NCBI GenBank assembly: GCA_038877255.1
Contig: JAVYWZ010000001.1
Location: 7,661-71,660, forward strand
DNA length: 64,000 bases
Source of the DNA: Candidatus Micrarchaeaceae archaeon
GTDB lineage: Archaea; Micrarchaeota; Micrarchaeia; Micrarchaeales; CABMGC01
Direction: 5' to 3'
The notes under the pieces are model-generated. The model saw nothing but the letters and a program-made list of their open reading frames with translations, was not told where the DNA came from and made no database searches. The position numbers were made by a program, and so were the translations under genes. Positions 63,365 through 64,000 of the stretch are shown piece by piece; within the stretch, counting starts at the first letter, position 1, and every line of letters begins with the position of its first letter.

Positions 63365-64000
63365 TTACCTTCCTCTGCGCATAAGCATAGACCTTGCAGA
63401 CTCTACATTTGCGCTTGCTGTGTCGCGCAGCGACGTGCCTGTAAGTTTAAGAAACACGTCATCAAGAGTAGGCTCGTGCATATTTATTCCGCTTATCTCT
63501 ATCTTTTTAGATGAGAGTTCATTCATTACCTGCTCCATTTTTTTAACTGCGTCGGAGCCGCCTATCGAGGCAACAACCCTGTCGCCAAGCACGCTTGGCG
63601 TTTGGCCAAGCACTTTCTTTACGACGTCTGCTACTGCTTCAAGGTCCTGCCTGTCTGAAGCAATTTCTAGGGTGCTGCCCTTGCCTATGCTGTGCTTAAG
63701 CTCGGTTGGCGTGCCAAGCGCCATCACCTTACCATGATCGATTATGGCTATGCGATTGCATATTGCGTCTGCTTCCTCTAGATATTGTGTCGTCATTAAT
63801 ATAGTTACTTTTTGTTCCTTGTTTATTTTCCTTATAAGAGCCCAAACCTTGGCTCTGTTCTGCACGTCAAGCCCTGTTGTTGGCTCGTCAAGCACCAGTA
63901 TTTTTGGATTGTGTATAAGTGATTTTACAGTTTCAAGCCTTCGCTTCATTCCGCCAGAGAATGTGCCAACATATGCCTTCTTGAATTGCGTTAGGCCTGC
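63365..64000 (-). CDS. ABC transporter ATP-binding protein; 5' end outside window
   Basis: Frame is open to nt 64000. Signature 'FSGGMKRRL', Walker B 'ILVLDEPTTGLD', H-loop 'TTQYLEEA'. Confidence 0.9.
   Translation of the reverse strand, partial: AGLTQFKKAYVGTFSGGMKRRLETVKSLIHNPKILVLDEPTTGLDVQNRAKVWALIRKINKEQKVTILMTTQYLEEADAICNRIAIIDHGKVMALGTPTELKHSIGKGSTLEIASDRQDLEAVADVVKKVLGQTPSVLGDRVVASIGGSDAVKKMEQVMNELSSKKIEISGINMHEPTLDDVFLKLTGTSLRDTASANVESARSMLMRRGR

Overview
Gene-dense, AT-leaning archaeal chromosomal window, annotated by eye from the sequence and ORF track. No searches were run, so family names come from recognised motifs and RNA ends are approximate. Archaeal identity is clear from rpoH-rpoB''-rpoB'-rpoA'-rpoA'' (split B and A subunits), Spt5-L11, S13-S4-S11, SRP54, Sec61beta, an Sm protein, family-B DNA polymerase, CDP-archaeol synthase, and AlaRS/ArgRS. 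Other content: a lone 23S rRNA with no adjacent 16S or 5S, two tRNAs, a dolichol/glycosylation cluster (GT4, UppS, dolichol-kinase-like), a complete 2-oxoacid dehydrogenase operon (E1a, E1b, E2, E3) plus a lipoate ligase, a DUF47-PiT pair, and an ABC-2 exporter with a CARDB-like surface protein. Tight spacing, unlinked rRNA, tRNA-Ile(UAU) and a 'QSAIEFLTTYGW' class-III signal peptide suggest a small-genome lineage (DPANN/Micrarchaeota-like or Thermoplasmata-related); this is inference only. Main leads: (1) six tandem, deeply diverged paralogues of an unrecognised polytopic membrane protein family (8846-16248, minus strand). They share three collinear motif blocks and run with almost no spacing into a Cas4/Exo5-like nuclease. 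This is the best candidate for an undescribed envelope system, possibly VirB6/CedA-like. (2) A HerA/VirB4-superfamily ATPase, truncated by the left window edge, followed by five unrecognised co-directional ORFs, including a 776-aa sequon-rich membrane protein. (3) A ~200-bp inverted repeat made of convergent gene 3' ends (argS and the giant surface-protein gene) brackets 47.3-55.2 kb, which looks like an inversion scar. (4) A 1057-aa pilin-signal surface protein with duplicated DUF2341/LamG-like modules. (5) A 45-nt element present twice, 21.7 kb apart, with mostly third-codon-position substitutions. (6) A tRNA-Ala with a 13-nt T-loop insertion.
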